Source: an uncultured Candidatus Saccharibacteria bacterium
Lineage (GTDB): Bacteria; Patescibacteriota; Minisyncoccia; UBA6257; 2-01-FULL-56-20
Direction of reading: 5' to 3'
Length of the DNA stretch: 64,000 nt
Assembly: GCA_964484655.1 (NCBI GenBank)
Contig: CAZAFA010000001.1
Coordinates: forward strand, 31,242-95,241
A program made the position numbers and the translations under genes. Below are positions 37,944-49,845 of the stretch, one piece after another. How positions within the stretch are numbered: position 1 is the stretch's first letter; every line of letters starts with the position of its first letter. Below the pieces are notes generated by a model. It was not told the DNA's origin, ran no database searches, and saw only the letters and a list, made by a program, of their open reading frames with translations.

Positions 37944-38663
37944 TTATGCCGCCTTCATCGCTTCCGCGATCTTTCCGAAGTCTCCCTCGAGGATCTTCTC
38001 GATGTTGCTCCACTTCTTGCCGATGCGGTGATCGGTGATGCGGTCGTCGGGGAAGTTGTACGTGCGGATCTTCTCGGAGCGGTCGCCGGTGCCGATGGCC
38101 TGGCGTCCCGCGGCGGTCTGCGCCGCGTCTTTCTCGCGCTGGATGTCATAGAGCTTCGAGCGGAGGATGCCCATCGCGAGCTCGCGGTTCGCGGCCTGCG
38201 TGCGCTCGACGCGAGACGAGACGACGATTCCCGTCGGCTTGTGGAGGATGCGGACGGCGGACTCGATCTTGTTCACGTTCTGGCCGCCGGGCCCGCCGGC
38301 GCGCGAGAAGGTCACCTCGAGGTCGCGGTCGTTGATGACCACCTCAGTCGGCGGGACCACGGGGAACGCGGCCACGGTTGCCGTAGAGGTGTGGATGCGG
38401 CCGCTGCGCTCGGTCTTCGGGACGCGCTGGACCCGGTGGACGCCGGACTCGTGCCGGAAGGCGTCCCAGGCGCCCTCGCCAGAGACCTCGGCCACGAGGG
38501 TCTTGTAGCCCCCGAGGTCGTTCTCGGAGGCGTCGAGGACCGTGAATTTCCAGCCCTGGCTCGAAGCGTAGCGCTGGTACATGTTGGCCAGGTTCGCGGC
38601 GAAAAGAGCCGCCTCGTCGCCGCCGGCGCCAGCCCGGATCTCCATGATGAGCTTCTTGCCCAT
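37944..38663 (-). CDS. prfA: Peptide chain release factor 1, N-terminally truncated (239 aa)
   Basis: [21 protein letters not shown] (PxT), [11 protein letters not shown]. Confidence 0.92.
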   Translation of the reverse strand: MGKKLIMEIRAGAGGDEAALFAANLANMYQRYASSQGWKFTVLDASENDLGGYKTLVAEVSGEGAWDAFRHESGVHRVQRVPKTERSGRIHTSTATVAAFPVVPPTEVVINDRDLEVTFSRAGGPGGQNVNKIESAVRILHKPTGIVVSSRVERTQAANRELAMGILRSKLYDIQREKDAAQTAAGRQAIGTGDRSEKIRTYNFPDDRITDHRIGKKWSNIEKILEGDFGKIAEAMKAA

Positions 38664-38740
38664 AGTGGGCACATGGTACCGGCGAGGCGGGGGAGCCGGC
38701 AACCTTTGCTTGACGGGCCGTTCATGTATACTTCGGAATC

Positions 38741-39166
38741 ATGAACAAGCGAATCCTCGTCGTAGACGACGATCCGGATTTCCGCGAGATATTCTCCACG
38801 CACCTCCGCATGAAGGGGTATGACGTGGACACGGCGATGAACGCCGACGACGGCCTGGCCAAGGTCCGTACCGACGCTCCCGACCTGGTGCTCATGGACG
38901 TGCAGATGCCGCCCGGCAAGACGGGCATCGAGGCGTTCTTCGAGCTGAAGAACGATCCGGCGACCAAGGACGTGCCGATCATGTTCCTCACGAACCTCGG
39001 CGCGACCGAGGTGGAGGCGCAGCAGATCAACGTGCAGTACGCCAAGGAGCTCGGCGCGATCGGCGTGCTGAAGAAGACCGAGGACCTCAAGAGCCTCAGC
39101 GAGGCCGTTGCCGCGCAGTTCGCGCAGGAGGTCGGGACGAGCACGCCGCCAGCGCCGGTAGCGTAA
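38741..39166 (+). CDS. Single-domain response regulator
   Basis: VVDDD, LMDVQMP, MFLTN; promoter TTGACG...TATACT. Confidence 0.92.
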   Translation: MNKRILVVDDDPDFREIFSTHLRMKGYDVDTAMNADDGLAKVRTDAPDLVLMDVQMPPGKTGIEAFFELKNDPATKDVPIMFLTNLGATEVEAQQINVQYAKELGAIGVLKKTEDLKSLSEAVAAQFAQEVGTSTPPAPVA

Positions 39167-39203
39167 AAAATCGAGCCCGCGGTTTTCCGCGGGCTCTGCA
39201 TTC

Positions 39204-39737
39204 TCACATCTCGAGCAGGTATTCGGCGATGACGCCGCCTTCCTCCAAGTATCTCGCCTTCGCGTCGTCAGGCAGGTCCTTGAACCCGCCGATGGCGCCG
39301 CGGCAGATGCCGCTGCCGCACAGGCAGGGGACCCCTGCCGCGGTGACGTCGTACTCGAGGGTGGCGTAGTCGAACGCCAGTTCTTCCCCGACCGCGATGT
39401 CGCGACGGGCGACGACCGCGATGACCGCGACCGTGCCTTCCCAGCTCGGACGGACGATCACGGTAGGATCGCACGAATGGTTGAGGAAGTGTCCCGGATT
39501 GAAGGTGCCGTTCAGGCGTTCCGGCTCGATGTGCCGGTCCCGGTCGAACGCGAACGAATACTTCGTCGGCGCGTTCACAAGCATACCTTTCACCGGGAAG
39601 ATCATCTCACCCTTGCGGAACGATCGCGTTGCGATCACGCCCGCCTGTCCGCTCACGGACGGGCTCAGCCCGATGGCTATGCCCCAGTAGTCCATGAAAT
39701 ATATTGCGCCGTCGATGACGGGCGTATTGCTGTCCAT
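39204..39737 (-). CDS. SET-domain methyltransferase with post-SET Cys cluster
   Basis: GVIATR, FLNHSCDP, GEELAFDY, CLCGSGICRG. Confidence 0.92.
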   Translation of the reverse strand: MDSNTPVIDGAIYFMDYWGIAIGLSPSVSGQAGVIATRSFRKGEMIFPVKGMLVNAPTKYSFAFDRDRHIEPERLNGTFNPGHFLNHSCDPTVIVRPSWEGTVAVIAVVARRDIAVGEELAFDYATLEYDVTAAGVPCLCGSGICRGAIGGFKDLPDDAKARYLEEGGVIAEYLLEM

Positions 39738-39871
39738 ATGGTTCGTCGTCTCCTGATTTTTCGAAAAATCGAACTGCTCCTATTTTACATACAAAATCAG
39801 ATTTTTGTCAATCGTAGCCTATGTAAAAAGGAGCATCTCTCCGATGCTCCTTTTCGCCGAACGGTCCCTTC

Positions 39872-40252
39872 CTAGACGCGGGTGACCACGCTGTGGTTCT
39901 CGTCGCCCGCCTTCCAGTACTCCATGCAGAACTTCACCGCGTCCTCGGGGTCGAACTCGCGGCACGAGAAGAGGTTGAGGTACATGGTCTTGGTGATCGT
40001 GAGGGCATGGCACACGACGTTGCTGGTCTCGATGAACTGGATCGCCGAGATGCCGTCGAGGTGGGGGATGCCGGAGTGGTCCTCCCACATCATCGGCTCG
40101 CCGTGGCGCACCATCTTAACGTGGTCGACGAGCTTGACGAGGAATTCGCCCAGCGTTTCCTGCGTGAGGCCGCTGAAGTCGCATCCGCGCATGTCGAGGA
40201 TCAGCTCGAGGCCGTAATTGCCCCGGTATCCGTATTGCTCCTGTTCTGCCAT
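39872..40252 (-). CDS. Pyruvoyl-dependent S-adenosylmethionine decarboxylase-family proenzyme
   Basis: YGLELILD, GISAIQFIETSNVVCH, YLNLFSCREF. Confidence 0.85.
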   Translation of the reverse strand: MAEQEQYGYRGNYGLELILDMRGCDFSGLTQETLGEFLVKLVDHVKMVRHGEPMMWEDHSGIPHLDGISAIQFIETSNVVCHALTITKTMYLNLFSCREFDPEDAVKFCMEYWKAGDENHSVVTRV

Positions 40253-40395
40253 TGAAATGAGATGATGATTTGAGAGTTCGGCTCTTGACCGCATTCTAGA
40301 CCTCTGGGGATGTGGGCTCAAGTGTCCCCGCGGGTTTTCCCCAGGGGCTGATTCCCGGTGCGCTACACTATCCCTATCGGGTCCTATCTGTCCCC

Positions 40396-41223
40396 ATGCC
40401 CCTCATCCTCTCCATAGTCTACGCGGCCACCCTGGTCTTCTGGCTCGCCGTCGCGCGCGATCCGGCAAATGTCTCGGCAGGGCTCAACATGCAGCTCCTG
40501 CTGTTCGCGGTCCCGTTCATCGGGGCGCTCGTGGGCCTGTATAACGCGCGCCAGTGGGGCGGCCTGAAGAGCTCCGTCGGCAAGGCCGTCGGGTTCATCG
40601 CCGGCGGCGTGCTCGCCTGGTCCGTCGGCATGCTCATCTGGTGCTACTACATCTTCGTCGCTCAGGTGGAGATCCCGTACCCGTCGCTCGCCGACGCCTC
40701 CTTCATCCTGAGCTGGCCCCTCTGGACGATCGGCATCTACTGGCTCTCCAAGGCCACGGGCGTCCGCTACGCCATCCGCGAGGGCAAGGGCAAGGCGCTC
40801 CTGGTGGTCGTGCCCCTCGTCGCGCTCGCCATCGCGTACTACCTCCTGGTCGTCGTCGCGCGCGGCGGCGTCATCGAGCTCGAGGCGCTCGATCCCTGGA
40901 AGTCGTTCTTCGACCTCTTCTACCCGATCGGCAGCGCGATCATCCTCGCGTTCACGCTCACGTTCTTCAGCCTCTCCAGCTCATTCCTCGGCGGGCGGTA
41001 CCGCAAGCCGATCACCATCCTGGTCCTCGCGCTCCTCGTGAACTTCGCGGCAGACATCGTGTTCTCGTACACCACGACCAACGAGACCTACTACAACGGC
41101 GCGATCGCCGACATGCTCTTCGTGACGGGCATGTTCCTGTTCTCGCTCAGCCTGAGCCTGATGCGCCCGCCCGTGCAGTCGCCGCAGCCACAGTCGCAGC
41201 CGCTTCCCGCCGCAACGTCATGA
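40396..41223 (+). CDS. Polytopic membrane protein resembling a stand-alone sensor domain
   Basis: About 8 TMs, PYPSLAD, DLFYPIG motifs. Confidence 0.7.
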   Translation: MPLILSIVYAATLVFWLAVARDPANVSAGLNMQLLLFAVPFIGALVGLYNARQWGGLKSSVGKAVGFIAGGVLAWSVGMLIWCYYIFVAQVEIPYPSLADASFILSWPLWTIGIYWLSKATGVRYAIREGKGKALLVVVPLVALAIAYYLLVVVARGGVIELEALDPWKSFFDLFYPIGSAIILAFTLTFFSLSSSFLGGRYRKPITILVLALLVNFAADIVFSYTTTNETYYNGAIADMLFVTGMFLFSLSLSLMRPPVQSPQPQSQPLPAATS

Positions 41224-41225
41224 TC

Positions 41226-41513
41226 ATGAGCACGCTCGACCAGATCGCTGGGAGGATCATCAAGGAGCAGGAGCTCATCCTCGGGCCTCTCGCCTGGGAC
41301 GAGGCGGCGAACGTTCCTCATCTCCAGATCCTCGACCGCGCGAACGGCTCGGTCGACATCCCCGAGGGTCCCGAGGGCAGCCGGGTGATCGACGAGCTCG
41401 TGAACCGCTACGTCGACCTCTTCGGACGCGCCGCGCGCGAGGCCTGCCGCGAGGCGGCGCATGCGCTCGTCGCCGACCTGCCGCCCGGAGAGGTCCCCGA
41501 GAGTCTCCGCTAG
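41226..41513 (+). CDS. Small helical hypothetical protein
   Basis: IIKEQELILGPLA...LVNRYVDLFG; coupled to the upstream gene; terminator 41521-41550. Confidence 0.75.
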   Translation: MSTLDQIAGRIIKEQELILGPLAWDEAANVPHLQILDRANGSVDIPEGPEGSRVIDELVNRYVDLFGRAAREACREAAHALVADLPPGEVPESLR

Positions 41514-41554
41514 GGGAAACGAAAAGACGCCGCGATTGCGCGGCGTCTTCGTTG

Positions 41555-42187
41555 TCAGGTCTGCAGGATCTGCACGAGCACGATCACTGCGATGAGTAGG
41601 TGCCAGAACCAATAGTTCGTAGGAGTTATCAGTTCTCGCCACCAGAGCTTGTCGCTCCTGCGCATCATCACGCAGAGCATCTGCATGAAGAATCCGGCCG
41701 CCCACATCGCCCAAGGCAGGAGCGGCTCGATTCCCGGGTTCTCGTACGCGGATCGCGCGATGGGAAGCGCGCTGAAGACCAGCAGGACCTGGAACGCGAC
41801 CGTGGCCGGCCACACCTCATCTTTCTTCAGCGCTCGCCGGTATATCGCGAGGACGATCAGCGCGAGGATCGCGCTGATCACGTCCTTCCCTTCCACTACT
41901 GCGAGCAGGGGAATGCCGGTGACGAGCGAACGACCTATCAGGATGAGCGTGATCGCCACGCATCCGGCGGCTGCTGCGACCTCCTCCGCGTATTTCGCGA
42001 GGTCGCCGCGGACCTGCCGCTTGTATATGTGATAGCTGAGCACGGTCTCAATCGACCAGAGCGCCCAGCCGATCACGTTCGTATCCGTCTGCGCGAGCAG
42101 CAGATACCCACCGTAGATCAGGTACGCGATCGCGCTTATCAGCGCGCCTGCATAGCCGAGCACTTTGCCGATTGTTCTCATATTCAT
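41555..42187 (-). CDS. Hypothetical multi-pass membrane protein
   Basis: About 7 TMs, own AT-rich upstream region with GGAGG. Confidence 0.7.
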   Translation of the reverse strand: MNMRTIGKVLGYAGALISAIAYLIYGGYLLLAQTDTNVIGWALWSIETVLSYHIYKRQVRGDLAKYAEEVAAAAGCVAITLILIGRSLVTGIPLLAVVEGKDVISAILALIVLAIYRRALKKDEVWPATVAFQVLLVFSALPIARSAYENPGIEPLLPWAMWAAGFFMQMLCVMMRRSDKLWWRELITPTNYWFWHLLIAVIVLVQILQT

Positions 42188-42308
42188 TTTCAACGCGGAC
42201 CTCCAGCCGCTTCTCAACTGCCCATATTATAGCATAAAAATCTCATTCAGGCAATTGTCGGTGCCACTTCGTCATTCCTGGCCGGCGCCGGTGCTGTAGA
42301 ATGAGCTC

Positions 42309-43718
42309 ATGGATCCTCAGTCGAAGGCCGCGGAAGAGGCCGCCTCCGTTCCGGGCATGCCCGCGAAGGACAGCGCCCAGGCGCTGGCGCAGGGCCTGTA
42401 CGCCCGCACGGTCGAGATGGGGATCAAGAACAAGATCCTCTCGCTCCTCGAGCAGCTCTACGGCATCAGCATCCAGCAGCAGTCCACGAAGGATCTCGCG
42501 AGCAAGCTGGCGCCTGTCCTCTGTAACGACCTGTCCTGCGAGTTCGTGTCGCTCCAGCGCTATCTCGACGGCGAAGACAAGCGGCTCGAGACGCTCGCGG
42601 TCGCGGGCTCGGAGCGGTACGCCGAGGCGGCGCGCTCGCTCGGCGTCGACCTGTCGGCGGCCGTCGTGCCGCTCGCCTCGACGCAGGCGCTCGTGGAATG
42701 CGTCACCGAGCATCGGTTCGTAGAGCGCGATTCGCTGTCGTCGGTTTGGGGAGACCTGATCCGCGCGTCGGAGCAGGAGCTTGCCGAGAAGGCGCATGCG
42801 CGCTACGTGATGCTCTACCCGCTCGCCGGCGGCGGGCAGGTCATCGGCGTCCTCGCGCTCGTGCTCAACCGCTCGCGCGCGCAGCTGTCCAGCCTCGAGC
42901 GCGTCCTCTTCGACAACGCGGCCAACGTCGTCGGCATCGCGTTCGAGAAGACGCACCTTTACGAGGCGCTCCAGGACGCGAACACGCAGCTCGGGGATGT
43001 CAGCCACTTCAAGAGCCAGCTCCTGAGCCTCGCCTCGCACCAGATCAAGGCGCCGCTCGCGGCCATGAAGGGGTACATCTCGCTCATCCTCGAGGGCGGC
43101 TACGGCGAGGTTCCGGAGAATCTCATGAAGCCGATCACCGCGATGCAGCGTTCCGCGGACGGCCTCGTCGAGCTGGTCACCTCGCTCCTCGATCTCCGCA
43201 AGATCGAGGAGGGGAAGATGGACTACTCGTTCGACCAGGTCGACCTCGCCGCCATGGTCCGCGACGTGGTCGAGGAGCTCGGCATGCTCGCCCGCGAGAA
43301 GCATCTCGACCTCACCCTCGCCGGCGCGCAGAGCCCGGTCTTCGTCCGCGCGGACAAGACCAAGCTCCGCCAGGTCGCCCAGAACCTCGTGGACAACGCG
43401 ATCAAGTACACCCCCAGCGGCTCGGTGAACGTCTCGCTCATCGTCCAGGACCGGTTCGTCACGTGCACGGTCGCAGACACGGGCCTCGGCATGGCCCCGC
43501 TCCTGCTACCGCGCCTCTTCGACGAGTTCACGCGCGACCAGCGCGTGCAGCACACCATCCGCGGCACGGGTCTCGGCCTCTACATCGCGAAGCGCATCAT
43601 GGAGGCGCACGGCGGCGGCATCTACGCGGACAGCGCCGGCGAGGGCCTCGGCTCGCGCTTCTGGTTCACGCTGCCGATCGACCAGGACCTGCCGGTCCCG
43701 GTGCCGCCGGCGGCGTAG
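42309..43718 (+). CDS. GAF-domain soluble sensor histidine kinase
   Basis: H-box SHQIKAPL, NLVDNAIKY, DTGLG, GTGLGL; no TM. Confidence 0.93.
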   Translation: MDPQSKAAEEAASVPGMPAKDSAQALAQGLYARTVEMGIKNKILSLLEQLYGISIQQQSTKDLASKLAPVLCNDLSCEFVSLQRYLDGEDKRLETLAVAGSERYAEAARSLGVDLSAAVVPLASTQALVECVTEHRFVERDSLSSVWGDLIRASEQELAEKAHARYVMLYPLAGGGQVIGVLALVLNRSRAQLSSLERVLFDNAANVVGIAFEKTHLYEALQDANTQLGDVSHFKSQLLSLASHQIKAPLAAMKGYISLILEGGYGEVPENLMKPITAMQRSADGLVELVTSLLDLRKIEEGKMDYSFDQVDLAAMVRDVVEELGMLAREKHLDLTLAGAQSPVFVRADKTKLRQVAQNLVDNAIKYTPSGSVNVSLIVQDRFVTCTVADTGLGMAPLLLPRLFDEFTRDQRVQHTIRGTGLGLYIAKRIMEAHGGGIYADSAGEGLGSRFWFTLPIDQDLPVPVPPAA

Positions 43719-43752
43719 CCGGAAACGGCAGGGGAGGAGTACACTGGGCTCC

Positions 43753-45042
43753 ATGACGCCCATCCAGACACCGCATCGCGGCGTGCGCACGAAGCTCGAC
43801 ACCTCGGTCTTCGACCGGCACGAGCTGACCAACGGCGTCACGGTCTGGGTGCAGCGGACGCCGGTGGACCTCTCCGACGAGGGCGTGCTGGTCGCGTACT
43901 TCGTAAACGCCGGCAGCATCCTCGACCCGGAAGGGAAGGAGCACACGGCGCACTTCCTCGAGCACCTGCCGTTCAAGGGCACGCGCTCGTACCCGAACAC
44001 CGAGGCGCTCACCGGCGCCATCAACGACGCCGGCGGCAGCGACAACGCCACGACGTCCCGGTACTGGACCAACTACCGCGTCTTCCTGCCCCGCGAGTCC
44101 TTCGACCTCGCGCTCGACGTGCTGCGCGAGCTCCTGCTCGAGCCGCTCCTGCGACCCGAGGACTTCGAGGTGGAGCGCGGCATCATCCTCAGCGAGCACG
44201 AGCGGAAGTTCGAGAACGTGGACGTCCAGCGCACCCGCGACCTGGCGAAGCTGCTCTACGGGGACCATCCGATCGCGCGCTGGGCGGGATCGCCGGAGAC
44301 CATCAACGCGATCACGCTCGAGGACGTCCGCGCCTTCCGCGACGCGCACTACCACGCCGGCAACCTGCACGTCGCGGTCGGGGGAGCGTTCAGCGACGTC
44401 CCCGGCCTGCTGGCCAAGCTCGAGATGGCCTTCGGCGCCATGCCTGCGGCCGCGCCGACGCAGCTCGCGCTGCCGCCGCTGCCCGCCTTCCCCGAGGGCC
44501 CGCATCAGATGCTGCATCCGCGTTTCGCTCGTTCCCGCTTCCACCTGTTCTGGCAGAAGCGCGAGCCGGTCTCCCGCGAATCGCACCTCGCGCTCTCGCT
44601 CCTGACCAACGCCTTCTCGGCGGGCATGGACTCGCCGCTCGCGCTCGAGCTGCGGGACCGGCGCGGCCTCGTCTACGAGAGCGGCCTCATGGGCGAGGCG
44701 CGCGTCCTCGGCCTCGGCGAGGAGATCGAGCTGGAGCTGCCGATCCGCCGGGACCAGTTCGCCGACGTCTATGCCGCCGTCACGGGGCTGCTCGCGAACC
44801 TCAGCGACGCGCGCATCGCGCAGGCGCTGGACCGCTGGCAGGTGGACCGCCTCTCCTCCTTCTCGTTCCCGACCAAGATGTGCGCGCGCCTGGGCGGCGA
44901 GCTCGTGGAGCTCGGCAGGACCGAGAGCATCCACGAGACGGAGACGCTCGTGGACGACATCGACCTCGATCTCGTGCATGCGTGGAAGGAATTCCTCCTG
45001 AGCACGCCGCCGACGATCGTCGAGACAGGACCGGCCGCGTAG
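43753..45042 (+). CDS. M16 family zinc peptidase
   Basis: AHFLEH (HxxEH), NATTS, ERGIILSE, LRDRRGLVY. Confidence 0.92.
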   Translation: MTPIQTPHRGVRTKLDTSVFDRHELTNGVTVWVQRTPVDLSDEGVLVAYFVNAGSILDPEGKEHTAHFLEHLPFKGTRSYPNTEALTGAINDAGGSDNATTSRYWTNYRVFLPRESFDLALDVLRELLLEPLLRPEDFEVERGIILSEHERKFENVDVQRTRDLAKLLYGDHPIARWAGSPETINAITLEDVRAFRDAHYHAGNLHVAVGGAFSDVPGLLAKLEMAFGAMPAAAPTQLALPPLPAFPEGPHQMLHPRFARSRFHLFWQKREPVSRESHLALSLLTNAFSAGMDSPLALELRDRRGLVYESGLMGEARVLGLGEEIELELPIRRDQFADVYAAVTGLLANLSDARIAQALDRWQVDRLSSFSFPTKMCARLGGELVELGRTESIHETETLVDDIDLDLVHAWKEFLLSTPPTIVETGPAA

Positions 45043-45086
45043 CGAAAGGACCCGGCATTGCCGGGTTCTTTCTTGCCGGAAGGGGA

Positions 45087-45338
45087 TTACGCCTCCTCCT
45101 TCTTGGCGCGTACCTTCTTGGCCTTCTTCTCAACCGGCGCCGCCGCCTGGCGGGAGCGGAAGCGCTCGACGCGCCCGGCGGTGTCGATGAGCTTCTGCTC
45201 GCCGGTGAAGAACGGATGGCACTTCGAGCAGATCTCGATGTCGTAGGATTCGCGGGTTCCGCCGACGGTGAACTTGGTGCCGCAGCCGCAGGTAGCGGTC
45301 GCGGACGCGTGATAGACGGGGTGCAGGTCTGCCTTCAT
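45087..45338 (-). CDS. rpmE: 50S ribosomal protein L31 (Cys-containing type)
   Basis: MKADLHP, CGCG, CSKCHPFFTG, GRVERF. Confidence 0.97.
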   Translation of the reverse strand: MKADLHPVYHASATATCGCGTKFTVGGTRESYDIEICSKCHPFFTGEQKLIDTAGRVERFRSRQAAAPVEKKAKKVRAKKEEA

Positions 45339-45369
45339 GGTGCCGGCATCCTATCCCTCCTTATTAGGT

Positions 45370-45470
45370 TTGACAAGGCGTGCCCGGTCCGTATACTCCA
45401 ACCCGCACTCTGCTTGAGCCTCACCGGCCCCTTGCGGGCCGCTTCGCTTGAACGGGGCGCACCTTGAAAG
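45370..45470 (+). promoter_or_regulatory. rRNA promoter and boxA-like element
   Basis: TTGACA-16-TATACT (45370-45397); GCACCTTGAAAG at 45459. Confidence 0.7.
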
Positions 45471-45714
45471 CGCGATCACAAGGACAGTAATGACGGACGC
45501 ACCGATCGCGTCCGAACAAACCAGAAAAGTTTAGTAGTTGCTCCAATAGCGTCTGGCTCCCTGTAATGGGGCGCACGGCGTTAAACAAGAACAACTACTC
45601 AACAAGAGTGAACTCTGTTCATTCAATTTGAGTGACCCAAAGAAAAGTGAGCTCTACGTGCCCGAAACCCGACCGCTACGGCGGAGGCGAGTACTGCGCG
45701 ATATCTCATTCTTC

Positions 45715-47310
<1,596 letters not shown>

Positions 47311-47511
47311 GAGCCCTGTAACGGGGACAGGCTAGAGAGTAGGTCGGTCACGGTAGAGCCTCCGGGCACCGTCCGCGGGGGACCAATAGGCCCTTCGGAA
47401 TGGCTATCGTGGATCGCTACAGTCGTAGCACCTATTGGGGCAACTACTAAGCTTTTCTGTCATTACTGCCGCCGGTACCGCATACTATACTTGTGGTACT
47501 ATCTCTACCCC

Positions 47512-47925
47512 ATGGTCGAAGCTCCTAATCTCGCCCTCATCGTCGAGGACCAGAAATTCCTCTCTGCGATCCTCAAGGCCCGCCTCGAGCGGGAGGGCGT
47601 GCAGGTCGCTCAGGCCTTCGACGGTGAGGAAGCCATCCAGTTCCTCACCCAGACGAAGCCGGGCGTCGTGATCCTCGACCTTGTGATGCCGAAGACCTCG
47701 GGATTCGAGGTCCTGGAGGCAATCGCCCTCAACCCGATGCTGAAGTCGCTCCCGGTCCTGGTTCTCAGCAACCTGGCCCAGGACGAGGACATCGCGAAGG
47801 TGAAGCGCCTGGGCGCGAAGGAATACTTCGTGAAGGTGCAGAACCCGGTAGAGACGCTCGTGACGCGCATCAAGGCGTACCTCCCGCAGGCCACGGTACC
47901 CATACCCACCCCACCGAACCCATGA
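47512..47925 (+). CDS. Single-domain response regulator
   Basis: LIVED, ILDLVMP, LVLSN, YFVK. Confidence 0.92.
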   Translation: MVEAPNLALIVEDQKFLSAILKARLEREGVQVAQAFDGEEAIQFLTQTKPGVVILDLVMPKTSGFEVLEAIALNPMLKSLPVLVLSNLAQDEDIAKVKRLGAKEYFVKVQNPVETLVTRIKAYLPQATVPIPTPPNP

Positions 47926-48233
47926 TCGCCGACGACATCCGCTCCCAGATCCTCCCTGGCGCCAAGGTGCGCGTCTTCGAGGGCAAGGCGAAGAGCCCGT
48001 TCACGGGCATGGTCATCGCAGCCAAGCACGGCGCCGAGGCCGGCGCGACCTTCACGGTCCGCTCCATGGTCGCCGGCGTCGGCGTCGAGAAGGTCCTGCC
48101 GTTCAACAGCCCGAACATCACCAAGGTGGAGATCGCGAGCAGCCCGAAGAACGTGCACAAGAGCAAGCTCTACTACGTCCGCGACATGTCCGGCAGCACG
48201 ATCCGCAAGCGCCTCGGCGTCTCGCTCTCCTAG
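47922..48233 (+). CDS. rplS: 50S ribosomal protein L19
   Basis: FTGMVIA, TFTVR, GVGVEK, KSKLYYVR. Confidence 0.95.
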   Translation: MIADDIRSQILPGAKVRVFEGKAKSPFTGMVIAAKHGAEAGATFTVRSMVAGVGVEKVLPFNSPNITKVEIASSPKNVHKSKLYYVRDMSGSTIRKRLGVSLS

Positions 48234-48289
48234 GATACCCGCCGTATTGCACCGCGTCAGAAGGGCCCGTACACTGTGCGGGCCCTTCT

Positions 48290-48371
48290 GCGCAGGTGGT
48301 GAAACTGGTAGACACGCCATCTTGAGGGGGTGGTCCCGAAAGGGGTGGAGGTTCAAGTCCTCTCCTGCGCA
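48290..48371 (+). tRNA. tRNA-Leu(GAG)
   Basis: Long variable arm, CCATC-TTGAGGG-GGTGG. Confidence 0.95.
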
Positions 48372-48496
48372 CATCCCGGAAAAGGCGGCCCGAAAGGCCG
48401 CCTTTTCCTCGTCTCCCCATACTTGCTATTTATAGAGATTATTGTATAATATATGCAGCCCGAAAGGGAATATCTTGAAAACAGGAAAAGGAAAAT

Positions 48497-49789
48497 ATGA
48501 TCAAAAATCTGTCGCTGAGCATCGCCGTGATGCTTACGCTTTTCATCGGATCCGTCTGCGCGCAGACGGTTGGCAGCAACCCGGCCTTCGACGGCTGGAA
48601 TTGCAATGACCCGTCGGCGGAGCCGGGATTCTGCACGCGCACGCTTTCCAAGTCGGAGACGGCTTGGGACTTCGCCGGAACCCTCTTCAACAACCATTCC
48701 CTGTGGAACCGGTTCGTGGAAGACAATCCCGACAAGACCATTGTCCGGAAGGATGCGAAGGGGAATCCCATTCTCATCTGGAAGGAAGGTGCGACGGTCC
48801 GCATCCGCAAGACCGACCTGACCAACATCCAGAACGGAACGGTCGTCCCGGACGCGAAAGCGCCCGTGACCGTGACCATCCAGGAAGAGTCCTGGTGGGC
48901 GTTCCCGGGGATCTTCGGTCCGATCGCGCTCATCGTCCTAACGTTTCTCGCCGGTCTGGCGTTCGCGTATTGGCTCATCAGGAGACTCACGCGTTCCGCG
49001 CGCCTGCGCGAGAACCCGCGGGATCCCGAGTTCTTCGGGCGCCCGATGCGGAGCGACTTCGACCACACGCTGAACGTCGCGCCCACGCGTCGAGAGATGC
49101 AGCGCACGCTCAGTCGCGTCCGCGAAAGCGGCGGCGGCATCCACCAGCGTCCGTTCACGCGTCGTAAGCGCACCATCTCGGCGCGCATCACACTCCCGGA
49201 AGGTGCGACCGTCCCCGTCGAGTTCCGCAACGGAACCTTCGACGCGCGACCGATCAACAACCTCGCCTACTTCGACATCTACCACGATGGAGAAGGCGCG
49301 ATCGTGAACCTGGTCGGCGCGTTCAGCCGGTGCTCCAACGGGCTCCTGCTGGGATCGATGACCCCCGCCGAGCTCGCCCGCTTCGCGCAGGCGACGCTCA
49401 CGGACGCGAAGGTGATCGTGGAAGACCCCAATCTTCCCGCGTTCAGCCTCGATGCCGTCCACGCGTTCCTCCGCGGCCTCGCTTCCTCGGAAGCGCCCGC
49501 GCAGGAAACGCAGTCCGCGACGACCGAAGCTGCCCCGACCGGCGAAGCCGCTCAGACGCAGCCCGCGCAGGACTCCTCGCAGGCGCTCAGCCAGCAGGAG
49601 ATCCACTTCGGACGCGACGGCTGGGTGATCCGCGGCGGCAAGATCAACCTTGCCGGCGGCGCGAAGCTCGACCTCACCGAAGGCGGCGAGGTCAGCATCA
49701 AGCCGGACGGCAAAGCGTCGGTCGGCGACCTGCCGCTCAACCTCACGCCGGACGTCACCGACGTCAGCGACGAGACCCGCGAAAGCTAA
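48497..49789 (+). CDS. Single-pass membrane protein with LysM-like extracellular domain
   Basis: Signal peptide, SETAWDFA...LWNRFVEDNP...NPILIW..G, TM, unknown cytoplasmic domain. Confidence 0.65.
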   Translation: MIKNLSLSIAVMLTLFIGSVCAQTVGSNPAFDGWNCNDPSAEPGFCTRTLSKSETAWDFAGTLFNNHSLWNRFVEDNPDKTIVRKDAKGNPILIWKEGATVRIRKTDLTNIQNGTVVPDAKAPVTVTIQEESWWAFPGIFGPIALIVLTFLAGLAFAYWLIRRLTRSARLRENPRDPEFFGRPMRSDFDHTLNVAPTRREMQRTLSRVRESGGGIHQRPFTRRKRTISARITLPEGATVPVEFRNGTFDARPINNLAYFDIYHDGEGAIVNLVGAFSRCSNGLLLGSMTPAELARFAQATLTDAKVIVEDPNLPAFSLDAVHAFLRGLASSEAPAQETQSATTEAAPTGEAAQTQPAQDSSQALSQQEIHFGRDGWVIRGGKINLAGGAKLDLTEGGEVSIKPDGKASVGDLPLNLTPDVTDVSDETRES

Positions 49790-49845
49790 ACGTCCGCCGG
49801 CGCGTCAGCCCGGTAAAGAGAAGGACCCCATCACGGGGTCCTTTC

